This document shows positions 23,610 through 35,987 of a stretch of DNA of 64,000 bases, piece by piece. Position numbers and translations under genes: made by a program. Source of the DNA: Escherichia coli (GTDB lineage Bacteria > Pseudomonadota > Gammaproteobacteria > Enterobacterales > Enterobacteriaceae); NCBI RefSeq assembly GCF_050920415.1, contig NZ_CP169309.1; one strand, 5' to 3'. Each line of letters opens with the position of its first letter. The first letter of the stretch is position 1. Under the pieces are notes generated by a model. That model ran no database searches. It was not told where the DNA came from and saw only the letters and a program-made list of their open reading frames with translations.

Positions 23610-24506
23610 ATGGACATTTTTATTTCGAAAAAGATGCGCAATTTCATTTTATTAGCGCAAACCAATAATATTGCCCGGGCGGCAGAAAAAATCCATATGA
23701 CGGCTTCGCCATTTGGCAAAAGCATTGCCGCGCTGGAAGAACAAATTGGCTATACGCTATTTACCCGCAAAGATAATAATATCAGCCTCAATAAAGCCGG
23801 GCAGGAACTGTATCAAAAACTGTTCCCGGTTTATCAACGGCTTTCTGCGATTGATAATGAAATCCATAACTCAGGACGTCGTTCACGAGAAATTGTGATA
23901 GGCATAGATAATACTTATCCGACCATTATTTTTGATCAGTTGATTAGTCTCGGAGATAAGTACGAAGGCGTGACCGCTCAGCCAGTTGAGTTCAGCGAAA
24001 ACGGCGTTATCGATAATCTTTTTGACCGTCAGTTAGATTTTATAATCTCCCCACAGCATGTATCTGCACGAGTTCAGGAACTGGAAAACCTGACTATCAG
24101 TGAACTACCACCGCTGCGATTGGGCTTTCTCGTTTCTCGCCGTTATGAAGAGCGACAAGAGCAAGAGTTGCTTCAGGAGCTACCCTGGCTACAAATGCGC
24201 TTTCAGAACCGGGCCAACTTCGAAGCAATGATTGATGCGAATATGCGTCCTTGTGGGATCAATCCCACCATTATTTATCGACCTTACAGTTTTATGGCCA
24301 AAATCAGCGCCGTGGAGCGCGGACATTTTCTGACGGTGATCCCGCATTTTGCCTGGCGACTGGTGAATCCGGCAACGCTGAAATATTTTGATGCGCCGCA
24401 CAGGCCGATGTATATGCAGGAATATCTTTATTCAATCAGAAATCATCGTTATACCGCCACGATGCTTCAGCATATTGCTGAAGATCGTGACGGGACGAGT
24501 CATTAA
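23610..24506 (+). CDS. ygfI: LysR-family transcriptional regulator (298 aa)
   Basis: ORF track; convergent with scpC, stop codons overlap. Confidence 0.8.
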   Translation: MDIFISKKMRNFILLAQTNNIARAAEKIHMTASPFGKSIAALEEQIGYTLFTRKDNNISLNKAGQELYQKLFPVYQRLSAIDNEIHNSGRRSREIVIGIDNTYPTIIFDQLISLGDKYEGVTAQPVEFSENGVIDNLFDRQLDFIISPQHVSARVQELENLTISELPPLRLGFLVSRRYEERQEQELLQELPWLQMRFQNRANFEAMIDANMRPCGINPTIIYRPYSFMAKISAVERGHFLTVIPHFAWRLVNPATLKYFDAPHRPMYMQEYLYSIRNHRYTATMLQHIAEDRDGTSH

Positions 24507-25981
24507 CCCAGCATCGAGCCGGTTGCAATTAAATTACGGTGTAAATCGAAGACGTGGCTAAGATCGTGGTGAATATGTCCGCCGGGCGCATTTTCCAGAT
24601 AGCGATGCAGATAATCCCGATACATAGGATGTGCACAATTATCAATGATGGTGCGGGCGCGTTGAAGCGGGGAAAGACCACGCAGATCGGCGATCCCTTG
24701 TTCGGTGATGATCACTTTGACGCTGTGTTCGCTGTGATCAACATGGCTGCACATTGGCACGACGGTTGAGATCTTGCCTTCTTTAGCAATCGACGGGGCC
24801 ATAAAGATCGACAGATACGCGTTGCGTTCAAAATCACCGCTGCCACCGATGCCGTTCATCAGATCGACCCCGGCTACGTGCGTTGAGTTGGCATGCCCGT
24901 AAATATCAAACTCCAGGCCGACGTTCAGAGCGATGACGCCCAGACGACGGATGATTTCCGGGTTATTGGAAATCTCCTGCGGACGCAACACAATGCGGCT
25001 GGCAAAGTAATCCATATTGTCGTAAATCTTGCGCAGGGAATCGGCCGAGATAGTCAGGCTGGAGGCGCTGGCCCCGCTGATTTTGCCCGTTTCCAGTAAA
25101 TGCACCACCGATTCCTGTAGCACTTCCGAATACATCATGAACGGAGGAATTTCCGGGTTTTCCCCTAGTCGCGCCATGACTGCATTATTGATATTGCCCA
25201 CGCCACTTTGCAGCGGCAGAAATTCCGGCGGAATACGCCCATGCGCCATTTCCTGCAACAAGAACGTGACCACGTTATCGGCAATCTGCTGGCACATGGG
25301 ATTTTGCTTATCCAGCATATTACCGGCGTCGGGCAAGTTGGTTTCCACGACGGCGACAATCTTTTTCGGATCGATTTGCACATAGCGGGTACCGACGCGA
25401 TCCATTGCATGGAAGATCGACACGCTATTGCGCCGCGGTGGCGCGCCAGGAATCACAATATCCGCCAGTTCTGCAACGCGCGGATCGTGATAGTGATTGA
25501 GTTCAATGATCACTTTCTTCGCCCGCAGCAGCCAGGTCGGCGCATTACCGATCCCGCTGGTTAACCAGACTCGACCATCCGGTGCCAGTGCCGATGCTTC
25601 AATGACGGCAACATCAATTTCGCCGAAGAAACCGTAATTGACCATTTGCGCCACTTCGCTCAAATGCAGGTCAACGAAACTCACCGCGCCCTGATTGATC
25701 TTTTTACGTAAACCGGACGATGTTTGATATGGCGCACGCCAGGAAACAGCATCGGCGTCAGAAAGTACATCGTCAGCGGCGGCGCTGATTGACGCCCCCG
25801 TCAGTAGGCGGATTTGATACGGCTTTTTGGCCTCATGCTGTTCGTTAGCTCTGCGGGCAATGGCGGTGGGAAGGGCTTTCGGCGAACCCGCCGGGGTAAA
25901 GCCGCTAAATGCCACCATGTCGTTATGCTGGATAATTTCTGCCGCTTCATCGGCGGTCATCCTTGTCCACTGAGTTTCCAT
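24503..25981 (-). CDS. scpC: propionyl-CoA:succinate CoA transferase (492 aa)
   Basis: ORF track; acetyl-CoA hydrolase/transferase family. Confidence 0.9.
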   Translation of the reverse strand: METQWTRMTADEAAEIIQHNDMVAFSGFTPAGSPKALPTAIARRANEQHEAKKPYQIRLLTGASISAAADDVLSDADAVSWRAPYQTSSGLRKKINQGAVSFVDLHLSEVAQMVNYGFFGEIDVAVIEASALAPDGRVWLTSGIGNAPTWLLRAKKVIIELNHYHDPRVAELADIVIPGAPPRRNSVSIFHAMDRVGTRYVQIDPKKIVAVVETNLPDAGNMLDKQNPMCQQIADNVVTFLLQEMAHGRIPPEFLPLQSGVGNINNAVMARLGENPEIPPFMMYSEVLQESVVHLLETGKISGASASSLTISADSLRKIYDNMDYFASRIVLRPQEISNNPEIIRRLGVIALNVGLEFDIYGHANSTHVAGVDLMNGIGGSGDFERNAYLSIFMAPSIAKEGKISTVVPMCSHVDHSEHSVKVIITEQGIADLRGLSPLQRARTIIDNCAHPMYRDYLHRYLENAPGGHIHHDLSHVFDLHRNLIATGSMLG

Positions 25982-26004
25982 TTTTACTCCTTCGTTCGCA
26001 GGGA

Positions 26005-26790
26005 TTAATGACCAACGAAATTAGGTTTACGTTTTTCGAGGAAAGCGTTCATCCCTTCCTGGTAATCTTCGCTGTCATAAACCGCGCGGCGCATCCCCTG
26101 AATACGTTCAAATTCATCGGAGTTCATGGTGTGTGCTTCGCCCAGTACACGCAGTTCTTCTTTGATAACGGCAATGGCTAACGGCGCTTTCTCAGAGATG
26201 TGATGCGCCATTTGTAAGGTGAAATCTTCCAGTTCTTCCACTTCCACAACATGGTTGAGGATGCCGACAGCCAGCGCGCGCTGGGCTGTGATTGGCGAAG
26301 CGGTAAAAATCAGCTCTTTGACAATGTGGAAGCCCGCGTCGCGGGTCAGGTTGTGAATGCCGACCAGGTTATACGGGACGCCGAGGTTTACAGGCGTCAT
26401 TGAGAAGGTTGAGGTACTGGCGGCGATGATCAGATCGGAACTCATGATCATTTCAAATGCGCCCCCCCAAACACTACCTTCCACCATCGAAATGATCGGT
26501 TTCGGGAATTTTTGGATCATGCGGGTGATTTGACGCAACGGATCATCATAGGAGAGCGGATCGCGACCGCCAGACGGCAGTTCGTGAATATCGTGACCTG
26601 CGGAGAAGACTTTGGATCCACTCGGCGTGCGCAAAATGATACAGCGAATTTCCGGCCGGTTGAGATCGCTTAATGCCTGCATAAGATCATCAATAAAAAC
26701 TTTACTTAAGGCATTAAGTTTTCGGCCATAGTTAAACTCAATGACCGCCACTTTGTTGATAGTGACAACGTTCACATACTGATAAGACAT
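26005..26790 (-). CDS. scpB: methylmalonyl-CoA decarboxylase, crotonase fold (261 aa)
   Basis: ORF 26005-26832 trimmed to ATG giving MSYQYVNVVTINKV. Confidence 0.9.
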   Translation of the reverse strand: MSYQYVNVVTINKVAVIEFNYGRKLNALSKVFIDDLMQALSDLNRPEIRCIILRTPSGSKVFSAGHDIHELPSGGRDPLSYDDPLRQITRMIQKFPKPIISMVEGSVWGGAFEMIMSSDLIIAASTSTFSMTPVNLGVPYNLVGIHNLTRDAGFHIVKELIFTASPITAQRALAVGILNHVVEVEELEDFTLQMAHHISEKAPLAIAVIKEELRVLGEAHTMNSDEFERIQGMRRAVYDSEDYQEGMNAFLEKRKPNFVGH

Positions 26791-26800
26791 AAAAATTCCT

Positions 26801-27796
26801 TTAATCAAAATATTGCGTCTGGATAAATTCACTGAGCTGTCGCAGGCCGGTGCGCGGTGAGAGCGTATTGTTTTTGACCGCTAAAAGCGTCTGGCGGTAA
26901 TAACGATCGAAATCTTCATTCGCGAACAGGTGATTCAGTACTTCTTCTTCGGTTTGTTTACGCAGCCATTCCACCGATTGTTGTTGCCGCACTTGCTGTA
27001 AACGACCACTGGCAGTTAGCGCGGTTTTGAAGTCGATGATGGCGTGCCAGATCTCATCGATTCCACGTTTTTCCAGTGCGCTACAAGTCAGAACTCGTGG
27101 CTGCCATTCGTCGTATTTACGTCGCAGAATATGCAGGGCACTCTCGTACATATGCCGGGCAATGGCGACATTGGTATGGTTATCGCCATCGTCTTTGTTG
27201 ATAACGATCAGATCTGCCACTTCCATCAGCCCCTTTTTAATCCCCTGCAGATCATCGCCGCCACCGGCAATTTGCAACGAGATAAAACAGTCCACCATGC
27301 GGGCGACTTCCGTTTCCGACTGTCCGACGCCAACCGTTTCGACAATCACTACGTCATAACCCGCCGCTTCGCATAACAGCATTAATTCCCGCGCTCGCTG
27401 ACTGGCACCGCCCAGATGGCCGGAGGATGGTACCGGGCGAATAAACGCCGCCTCGGCACGCGCCAGGTCATTCATGCGGGTTTTATCCCCGAGAATGCTA
27501 CCGCCAGTGACCGGGCTGCTGGGATCGACCGCAATAACCGCAACCTTTAGTCCCTCACGAATCAACAACATGCCAAAGGCTTCAAGAAAGGTACTTTTCC
27601 CCGCGCCGGGTGTGCCGGTAACACCCAGTCGCAGGGCGTTACCACAGAACGGCATAATGGCATCAAGCAGTTGCGTACTTAGCGCCTGATGACGCGGGTG
27701 ACGGCTTTCCACCAGCGTCATGGCCTGGGCGAGCGTGGCACGCTCACCCTGACGTAAGCGGCGAATACTTTCTGCCAGCGTGGCTTCATTAATCAT
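26801..27796 (-). CDS. argK: MeaB/ArgK-type GTPase, methylmalonyl-CoA mutase chaperone (331 aa)
   Basis: ORF track; P-loop GTPGAGKST. Confidence 0.9.
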   Translation of the reverse strand: MINEATLAESIRRLRQGERATLAQAMTLVESRHPRHQALSTQLLDAIMPFCGNALRLGVTGTPGAGKSTFLEAFGMLLIREGLKVAVIAVDPSSPVTGGSILGDKTRMNDLARAEAAFIRPVPSSGHLGGASQRARELMLLCEAAGYDVVIVETVGVGQSETEVARMVDCFISLQIAGGGDDLQGIKKGLMEVADLIVINKDDGDNHTNVAIARHMYESALHILRRKYDEWQPRVLTCSALEKRGIDEIWHAIIDFKTALTASGRLQQVRQQQSVEWLRKQTEEEVLNHLFANEDFDRYYRQTLLAVKNNTLSPRTGLRQLSEFIQTQYFD

Positions 27797-29933
27797 GATG
27801 CTGGCTTATCAGATTCAGTACGTCGCGCACGCTGTCGAGCATAGGCGTACCTGGACCATAAATCGCCACCACGCCGCGCTCCTGCAGGAAGGCGTAATCC
27901 TGCGGCGGAATGACGCCACCCGCGACCACGCAGATATCTTCGCGTCCCCATTTTTTCAGCGCTTCGACCAGTTCCGGGATCAGCGTTTTATGACCGGCAG
28001 CCAGTGAAGATGCGCCCACTACGTGAACGTCGTTTTCTACTGCCAGGCGGGCGATCTCTTCAGGTGTAGAGAACATCGGGCTTAAATCTACGTCGAAACC
28101 GAGATCGGAATAGGCGCTGGCGATCACTTTCGCGCCGCGATCGTGCCCATCCTGGCCCATTTTGGCGATCAGAATGCGCGGGCGACGACCATTGTCGGCA
28201 AGGAACTGCTCCGTTTGCGCAACAATGGCATCGAACTCGGAGGCCGATTTCTCAGACTGATGATAGCTTTGCGCAATCACGCCGGTAACACACTGGCTTG
28301 GCACCAGATAACGGTCGAAAGCGGCTTCCAGCGCATCGGAAATTTCACCCAGGGTGGCGCGAACGCGAGCGGCATTAACAGCGGCAGCCAGCAGGTTTTC
28401 GTTATGCTGTGCGGCGTGAGTCAGGGCGTTCAACGCGGCGGTTACGGCGGCATCATCACGGGTGGCGCGAATGCGTTCCAGCGAAGCAATTTGCTCGTTA
28501 CGCACCATCACGTTGTCGATCTCAAGTACATCGGTTTCGTCTTCGTGATCCAGTTTGTACTTGTTGACACCAACGATGACACGCTTGCCCTGGTCGATCA
28601 ACGACTGTTCGCGCGCGGAGGCCTCTTCGATCATTCGTTTTGGCAGACCTGCTTCGATCGCTTTCGCCATACCTCCGGCTTCGTCGATCTGTTGGATAAT
28701 GGCTCTGGCTTGTTTGACGATTTGATCGGTCAGCGATTCAACGTAATAGGATCCGGCCAGTGGATCGACGGTGCGGCAGAGTTCTGATTCTTCCTGAATG
28801 ATGATCTGGGTATTGCGGGCAATGCGTGCTGAGAAATCGGTAGGCAAACCAAGCGCTTCATCAAAGGCGTTGGTATGCAGTGACTGAGTACCGCCCAGCG
28901 TTGCAGCCAGTGCTTCAATGGTGGTGCGGATAACGTTGTTATACGGATCCTGTTCAGTCAGGCTCCAGCCTGAGGTCTGGCAGTGGGTACGCAGCGCCAG
29001 TGATTTCGGATCCTGTGCGCCAAATCCACTGACCGCTTCGCTCCATAAATAACGTGCCGCACGCAACATGGCGACGTTCATAAACAGATCCATGCCAATG
29101 CCGAAGAAAAACGACAGGCGAGGAGCGAAGTCATCAATTTTCAGCCCAGCGGAGATTGCTGCTTTGATGTACTCAATCCCATCAGCGAGCGTAAATGCTA
29201 CCTGCTGCACGCAGTTGGCACCCGCTTCACCCATATGGTAACCGCTGATACTGATGGTATTAAAGCGAGGCATGTTGCCAGAACACCAGGCAATGATGTC
29301 AGCAATAATGCGCATTGACGGTTTCGGCGGGTAAATATAGGTGTTGCGGCAGAGATACTCTTTGAGGATATCGTTCTGAATGGTGCCTGTCAGTTTATCG
29401 GGCGTAACTCCTTGCTCTTCTGCGGCGACGATATAAAACGCCAGTACGGGTAACACTGCGCCATTCATGGTCATCGAAACCGACATTTTATCCAGCGGGA
29501 TCTGGTCGAACAGGACTTTCATATCTTCCACGGTGTCGATAGCAACGCCCGCTTTGCCGACGTCGCCCGCCACGCGCGGGTTATCGGAGTCGTAGCCACG
29601 GTGGGTGGCAAGGTCAAACGCAACGGAAAGACCTTTTTGCCCGGCGGCCAGGTTACGGCGATAAAAAGCGTTAGACTCTTTTGCTGTCGAGAAACCGGCA
29701 TACTGACGGATAGTCCACGGTTGGGCGGTATACATAGTGGCACGCGGGCCACGAACGTAGGGTGGCAAACCAGGAAGGGTACCGGTCACTTCCAGATTAT
29801 CGAGATCGGCTTCAGTATACAGCGGCTTGATGGCGATCCCTTCTGCGGTTTGCTGAACCAGCGAGTCGACAGTTTTCTCCCGACGGCTCAATTCCTTGTT
29901 GGCAAGCTGTTGCCACTCCTGCACGTTAGACAT
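27789..29933 (-). CDS. scpA: methylmalonyl-CoA mutase (714 aa)
   Basis: ORF 27789-29954 trimmed to ATG giving [14 protein letters not shown]. Confidence 0.9.
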   Translation of the reverse strand: MSNVQEWQQLANKELSRREKTVDSLVQQTAEGIAIKPLYTEADLDNLEVTGTLPGLPPYVRGPRATMYTAQPWTIRQYAGFSTAKESNAFYRRNLAAGQKGLSVAFDLATHRGYDSDNPRVAGDVGKAGVAIDTVEDMKVLFDQIPLDKMSVSMTMNGAVLPVLAFYIVAAEEQGVTPDKLTGTIQNDILKEYLCRNTYIYPPKPSMRIIADIIAWCSGNMPRFNTISISGYHMGEAGANCVQQVAFTLADGIEYIKAAISAGLKIDDFAPRLSFFFGIGMDLFMNVAMLRAARYLWSEAVSGFGAQDPKSLALRTHCQTSGWSLTEQDPYNNVIRTTIEALAATLGGTQSLHTNAFDEALGLPTDFSARIARNTQIIIQEESELCRTVDPLAGSYYVESLTDQIVKQARAIIQQIDEAGGMAKAIEAGLPKRMIEEASAREQSLIDQGKRVIVGVNKYKLDHEDETDVLEIDNVMVRNEQIASLERIRATRDDAAVTAALNALTHAAQHNENLLAAAVNAARVRATLGEISDALEAAFDRYLVPSQCVTGVIAQSYHQSEKSASEFDAIVAQTEQFLADNGRRPRILIAKMGQDGHDRGAKVIASAYSDLGFDVDLSPMFSTPEEIARLAVENDVHVVGASSLAAGHKTLIPELVEALKKWGREDICVVAGGVIPPQDYAFLQERGVVAIYGPGTPMLDSVRDVLNLISQHHD

Positions 29934-30136
29934 TATTTGCTCCATAAAACGCAATCAAAATGAGGGTATTTGCGCTTACGGTGAGCTTTTTACGTGGGTT
30001 TGTCGCCAGCAAAAAAAATGCATTCAGACGTCGTTTTTTGCCGCCTGAGATTTGTCTATTTTGTGATGTGATTCAAGGAATACAAAAAGAACTGGAGGTG
30101 ATGCCTGGTATGTATTACCAGGCATTATTTGATGGA

Positions 30137-31030
30137 TTATTCCTGACGAAGAACTTTGTGACCATAATCGAGCAACGCATCAGTGACTTTACGCATCATG
30201 CGGCTTTCAGGAGCAAAGCGGTGCCAGTAGAGCATCCGGCGTTGAAATAGCCCTGGCGTTAAGTCAATCAGTTCGCCGCTGGCCAGTTCTTTCTCGATTT
30301 GCAGATGTGGGATCATACAGCAGGTGGTCCCCTGACGAGCAAGTTGCACGAACGCTTCTGAAGAATTAACGATATGGCAGGGTACGCTGCCTGGAGGCAG
30401 ATCAAAGTTTTGCTGCAAAAAGGCCTGGTGCATATCATCAAGATGGTCAAACGCGACCACTGGCGCTTTCAGTAATGCCGAACGCGTTACGCCGTTAGGG
30501 AAATATTTTTCGGCGAACGGTTTTGAGCTGACGAACAGATAGTCGAGCGCACCGAGCTTATCGACAAGACAACTCGGTAGCGCCTGATGTTGAATACTCA
30601 CCGCGCCGACCACTTCGCCGCGACGCAGACGTTCCTGAGTGCGGGTTTCATCTTCTACCTGCAAGTTGAGGCGGATAGGCGAATCAGCTAACACAGGAGC
30701 CAGCGCCGGAAGCAACCACGTCGCCAGACTGTCAGCGTTGACCGCCAGTGAAAGCAGCAGCGGAGTTGAACCGGTTTGTTCATCGCCCAGCCACTCTTCT
30801 TCCAGTAACTCCACCTGGCGTAGCAGTGCCAGCAGTTTTTGCCCTTGTTCCGTCGGGCGCGGCGGTACGGTACGCACCAACAGCGGCTGCCCGAACATAT
30901 TTTCCAGTTGCTTAATGCGCTGTGAGACGGCTGATTGTGTAATGCACAGCTTTTGTGCCGCGCGCTCAAATCCTCGTTCACGTATCACCGCATCCAGTGC
31001 CTGTAATGTTCTGTAGTCCGGGCGTTTCAT
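30137..31030 (-). CDS. argP: LysR-family regulator ArgP/IciA (297 aa)
   Basis: ORF 30137-31096 trimmed to ATG giving [21 protein letters not shown]. Confidence 0.9.
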   Translation of the reverse strand: MKRPDYRTLQALDAVIRERGFERAAQKLCITQSAVSQRIKQLENMFGQPLLVRTVPPRPTEQGQKLLALLRQVELLEEEWLGDEQTGSTPLLLSLAVNADSLATWLLPALAPVLADSPIRLNLQVEDETRTQERLRRGEVVGAVSIQHQALPSCLVDKLGALDYLFVSSKPFAEKYFPNGVTRSALLKAPVVAFDHLDDMHQAFLQQNFDLPPGSVPCHIVNSSEAFVQLARQGTTCCMIPHLQIEKELASGELIDLTPGLFQRRMLYWHRFAPESRMMRKVTDALLDYGHKVLRQE

Positions 31031-31326
31031 TGCTGTTGTCTGCTCCTGGTAAATGCTTTTTCCTGCACTATGACACAATTTTGCGTCAGGTTGCATATAC
31101 CGAAGCCGTCGGCGGGTACATTTGTATCAGTGGTTAAACACGCAGCTTAAAAGATCAGGGATTTGCGCTATTGCATTTCGCTCAGCGAGTTCGCGCCCTG
31201 GAGCGGCATACCCAGACCTTTATATGCTTTGTTTGCGGGGCGAAAGGGGATGCCCGCTATTGCACGATATTTTATGGATGAGGTAACCACGCGACTTGCC
31301 AACGGGGTCTGAATCGCTTTTTTTGT

Positions 31327-31453
31327 ATATACTCGTCATACTTCAAGTTGCATGTGCTGCGTCTGCGTTCGCTCACCCCAGTCACTTACTTCTGTAAGCT
31401 CCTGGGGATTCACTCTCTTGTCGCCTTCCTGCAACTCGAATTATTTAGAGTAT
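31327..31453 (-). repeat. ERIC/IRU repeat, inverted relative to copy at 19387-19513
   Basis: Reverse complement matches the 19.4-kb copy over ~125 bp. Confidence 0.8.
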
Positions 31454-31490
31454 AATGCGTGTGAAATTTCATACCACAGGCGAAACGATC

Positions 31491-32150
31491 ATGACGCAGG
31501 ATGAATTGAAAAAAGCAGTAGGATGGGCGGCACTTCAGTATGTTCAGCCCGGCACCATTGTTGGTGTAGGTACAGGTTCCACCGCCGCACACTTTATTGA
31601 TGCGCTTGGCACGATGAAAGGCCAGATTGAAGGGGCTGTTTCCAGTTCGGATGCGTCCACTGAAAAACTGAAAAGCCTCGGCATTCACGTTTTTGATCTC
31701 AACGAAGTCGACAGCCTTGGCATCTACGTTGATGGCGCAGATGAAATCAACGGCCACATGCAAATGATCAAAGGCGGCGGCGCAGCGCTGACCCGTGAAA
31801 AAATCATTGCTTCGGTTGCGGAAAAATTTATCTGTATTGCAGACGCTTCTAAGCAGGTTGATATTCTGGGCAAATTCCCGCTGCCAGTAGAAGTTATCCC
31901 GATGGCACGTAGTGCAGTGGCGCGCCAGCTGGTGAAACTGGGCGGTCGTCCGGAATACCGTCAGGGCGTGGTGACCGATAACGGCAACGTGATCCTCGAC
32001 GTCCACGGCATGGAAATCCTGGACCCAATAGCGATGGAAAACGCCATAAATGCGATTCCGGGCGTGGTGACTGTTGGCTTATTTGCTAACCGTGGCGCGG
32101 ACGTTGCGCTGATTGGCACACCTGACGGTGTCAAAACCATTGTGAAATGA
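31491..32150 (+). CDS. rpiA: ribose-5-phosphate isomerase A (219 aa)
   Basis: ORF 31455-32150 trimmed to ATG giving [18 protein letters not shown]. Confidence 0.95.
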
Positions 32151-32405
32151 TCTGACGGGGGAATCTCCCCCGTTAAAAAAATTCTCTTCGTTAAATTTGG
32201 TGACATGTGTCACGTTTTTACCTGGCTATTGTCGATTGCTCTAAATAAATCCTCTAATCCAGCATATTCATCCAAGAAAAACCTTTGCGTGATATTTCCT
32301 CAACATCGCGACGCAAACGTTCATATTGCCGCAATATTATTTTTTGATATGTTGAAAGGCGGATGCAAATCCGCACACAACATTTCAAAAGACAGGATTG
32401 GGTAA

Positions 32406-33638
32406 ATGGCAAAGGTATCGCTGGAGAAAGACAAGATTAAGTTTCTGCTGGTAGAAGGCGTGCACCAAAAGGCGCTTGAAAGCCTTCGTGCAGCGGGTTA
32501 CACCAACATCGAATTTCACAAAGGCGCGCTGGATGATGAACAATTAAAAGAATCCATCCGCGATGCCCACTTCATCGGCCTGCGATCCCGTACCCATCTG
32601 ACTGAAGACGTGATCAACGCCGCAGAAAAACTGGTCGCTATTGGCTGTTTCTGTATCGGAACAAACCAGGTTGATCTGGATGCAGCTGCAAAACGCGGGA
32701 TCCCGGTATTTAACGCACCGTTCTCTAATACGCGCTCTGTTGCGGAGCTGGTAATTGGCGAACTTCTGCTGCTATTGCGCGGCGTACCGGAAGCCAACGC
32801 TAAAGCGCACCGTGGTGTCTGGAACAAGCTGGCAGCTGGCTCTTTTGAAGCGCGCGGCAAAAAGCTGGGTATCATCGGCTATGGTCATATTGGTACACAG
32901 TTGGGCATTCTGGCTGAATCGCTGGGAATGTATGTTTACTTTTATGATATTGAAAACAAACTACCGCTGGGCAACGCCACTCAGGTACAGCATCTTTCTG
33001 ATCTGCTGAATATGAGCGATGTGGTGAGTTTGCATGTGCCAGAGAATCCGTCCACCAAAAATATGATGGGCGCGAAAGAGATTTCGCTAATGAAGCCCGG
33101 CTCGTTGCTGATTAATGCCTCGCGCGGAACGGTGGTGGATATTCCGGCGCTGTGTGACGCGCTGGCGAGCAAACACCTGGCAGGTGCGGCAATCGATGTC
33201 TTTCCGACGGAACCGGCGACCAACAGCGATCCGTTTACTTCGCCGCTTTGCGAGTTCGACAACGTCCTTCTGACGCCACATATTGGCGGTTCGACTCAGG
33301 AAGCACAGGAGAATATCGGCCTGGAAGTTGCGGGTAAATTGATCAAGTATTCTGACAATGGCTCAACGCTCTCTGCGGTGAACTTCCCGGAAGTCTCGCT
33401 GCCACTGCACGGTGGGCGTCGTCTGATGCACATCCACGAAAACCGTCCGGGCGTGCTGACTGCGCTGAACAAAATCTTTGCCGAGCAGGGCGTTAACATC
33501 GCCGCGCAATATCTGCAAACTTCCGCCCAGATGGGTTATGTGGTTATCGATATTGAAGCTGATGAAGACGTTGCCGAAAAAGCGCTGCAGGCAATGAAAG
33601 TTATTCCGGGCACCATTCGCGCCCGTCTGCTGTACTAA
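32406..33638 (+). CDS. serA: D-3-phosphoglycerate dehydrogenase (410 aa)
   Basis: ORF track. Confidence 0.95.
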   Translation: MAKVSLEKDKIKFLLVEGVHQKALESLRAAGYTNIEFHKGALDDEQLKESIRDAHFIGLRSRTHLTEDVINAAEKLVAIGCFCIGTNQVDLDAAAKRGIPVFNAPFSNTRSVAELVIGELLLLLRGVPEANAKAHRGVWNKLAAGSFEARGKKLGIIGYGHIGTQLGILAESLGMYVYFYDIENKLPLGNATQVQHLSDLLNMSDVVSLHVPENPSTKNMMGAKEISLMKPGSLLINASRGTVVDIPALCDALASKHLAGAAIDVFPTEPATNSDPFTSPLCEFDNVLLTPHIGGSTQEAQENIGLEVAGKLIKYSDNGSTLSAVNFPEVSLPLHGGRRLMHIHENRPGVLTALNKIFAEQGVNIAAQYLQTSAQMGYVVIDIEADEDVAEKALQAMKVIPGTIRARLLY

Positions 33639-33657
33639 TTCCCCTTCTCTGAAAATT

Positions 33658-33690
33658 AACGGGCAGGTCACTGACTTGCCCGTTTTTTTA
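33658..33690 (+). terminator. serA rho-independent terminator
   Basis: gggcaggtca...tgacttgccc stem + TTTTTTT. Confidence 0.7.
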
Positions 33691-33839
33691 TCCCTTTTCC
33701 CGCGCATGTCACTGCCATTTGTAGTGCGCTGCAATTGCCTTTGCGAGTCTGCTCGAAGAAATAAATTAAAGCCAGATCAATGCGTTGTGCTTATTTAAAG
33801 AGAGTTTACGATGGCAGGGCAGCATGGGGCTGTAACGGT

Positions 33840-33990
33840 AAAGCCCTCACCGAAGCGAGGGCTTGAAGGAGAAGGGTTATGATGCGACTCGTCATCATAC
33901 TGATTGTACTGTTACTCATAAGTTTCCCAGCTTATTAACAGTCAGTCACAGGGGAGGAGCAATCCTCCCTTACCCTTACTCACTAAATTA
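33840..33990 (-). ncRNA. sibC: Sib-type antisense sRNA (antitoxin) overlapping ibsC; ends approximate
   Basis: Established arrangement for Ibs/Sib loci; hairpins flank the ibs ORF on both sides. Confidence 0.45.
33879..33938 (+). CDS. ibsC: type I toxin Ibs, 19-aa hydrophobic peptide
   Basis: Manual translation MMRLVIILIVLLLISFPAY; below ORF-track size cut-off. Confidence 0.65.
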   Translation: MMRLVIILIVLLLISFPAY

Positions 33991-34038
33991 GGTCAAAGAA
34001 TCAACGATGTCAATCAGGGCGATGCAGGTGTGTCGCCC

Positions 34039-34587
34039 TCACCACTCCCAGACTTTCGACGGCGTAACTACTGCAGGAAGTGGAATATCCCACTCTTCAA
34101 CGGGGAGTTTTTCTACCAACTGACAATCATGCGCATAACCCACCGGTTGCATTTGATAGCGCTGCCAGTTTTGTAAGGTCCGATCATAAAAACCACCGCC
34201 CATTCCCAGGCGCTGACCGTACTCATCAAAGGCGACCAGCGGTGTGATCAACACGTCTAATCGGGAAAGGGGTAGCACGTCACGCACATCCAGTTTTGGC
34301 TCATGGATCTTCAACCTGTTCATCACCAGTTCGCTTTGCGGATGGTAATTCAGGAACAGCAAATTACCGGCACTAAAGGGATGCAAAACTGGAAGATATA
34401 CGCGCTTACCGGCGCGCCAGAGTTGTTCTATGAGTGGCTGGGTGTCGAGTTCGCCATCAAAAGAGAGGAATACAGCGACCGTATGCGCCATCACCACCGG
34501 GGGATACGTCATCATCCGGGTAGCAGCTTGTTGACCCATTTCTTGCTGTTGTTTCGGCGTTAACGCACGACGACGTTGCCGAATCAT
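34039..34587 (-). CDS. fau: 5-formyltetrahydrofolate cyclo-ligase (182 aa)
   Basis: ORF 34039-34641 trimmed to ATG giving MIRQRRRALTP; downstream of ssrS in same orientation. Confidence 0.85.
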   Translation of the reverse strand: MIRQRRRALTPKQQQEMGQQAATRMMTYPPVVMAHTVAVFLSFDGELDTQPLIEQLWRAGKRVYLPVLHPFSAGNLLFLNYHPQSELVMNRLKIHEPKLDVRDVLPLSRLDVLITPLVAFDEYGQRLGMGGGFYDRTLQNWQRYQMQPVGYAHDCQLVEKLPVEEWDIPLPAVVTPSKVWEW

Positions 34588-34659
34588 TTTGCGGATTTCT
34601 TGTCGAGATAATGTCAGTGGGATTTCTGGTAGTTGCGTCATGGCTGGTGCCAGATAAGA

Positions 34660-34845
34660 AGGGAATCTCCGAGATGCCGCCGCAGGCTGTAACCCTTGAA
34701 CCCTTGGTTCAAGGTGAATGTGTCGTCACAGTTTTAAGGCTTCTCGGACGGACCGAGCATGCTCACCAACCGCGGAGCGCCACATTCTTGTGGTATGAAA
34801 TATCGGCTCAGGGGACTGGCCCGCTTGCGAACATCTCAGAGAAAT
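34660..34845 (-). ncRNA. ssrS: 6S RNA
   Basis: Reverse complement reads atttctctgagatgttcgcaagcgggccagtcccctgagccgatatttcatacc...ggagattccct, matching my recollection of E. coli 6S RNA. Confidence 0.9.
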
Positions 34846-34886
34846 TTTGTCTTCACGGTTACTCTACCACAGTAAACCGAAAAGTG

Positions 34887-35282
<396 letters not shown>

Positions 35283-35383
35283 CTATAGCTACCCTGATGA
35301 GAAGAGACAAGCCCTTTTCTGGTCCACCAGGGCCCAAAGTGGTAGCATATCATGAATATTCCTCCCTTTGACGACGAATGCTT

Positions 35384-35962
35384 ATGTCTATACAGAACGA
35401 AATGCCTGGTTACAACGAAATGAACCAGTATCTGAACCAACAAGGGACGGGTCTGACCCCTGCTGAGATGCATGGTTTAATCAGTGGGATGATATGTGGT
35501 GGTAACGATGACAGCTCATGGCTGCCACTGCTTCACGACCTGACGAACGAAGGCATGGCTTTCGGTCATGAGCTGGCACAGGCATTGCGCAAAATGCACT
35601 CTGCTACCAGCGATGCCCTGCAGGATGACGGCTTCCTTTTTCAGCTTTATCTGCCTGATGGCGATGATGTCAGCGTTTTCGATCGGGCTGATGCGCTGGC
35701 AGGTTGGGTTAATCACTTCCTGCTTGGTCTTGGCGTTACGCAACCGAAGCTGGACAAGGTGACCGGCGAAACCGGTGAAGCCATCGACGATCTGCGTAAC
35801 ATCGCGCAGCTGGGCTACGACGAAGACGAAGATCAGGAAGAGCTGGAAATGTCGCTTGAAGAGATCATCGAGTACGTCCGTGTTGCCGCGCTGTTATGCC
35901 ACGACACCTTTACTCATCCGCAACCGACCGCGCCAGAAGTACAAAAACCGACTCTACACTAA
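35384..35962 (+). CDS. ygfB: UPF0149-family protein YgfB (192 aa)
   Basis: ORF 35378-35962; start at [10 protein letters not shown]. Confidence 0.8.
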
Positions 35963-35987
35963 AAACAAAAAACGTAAGGAGAGTGTT

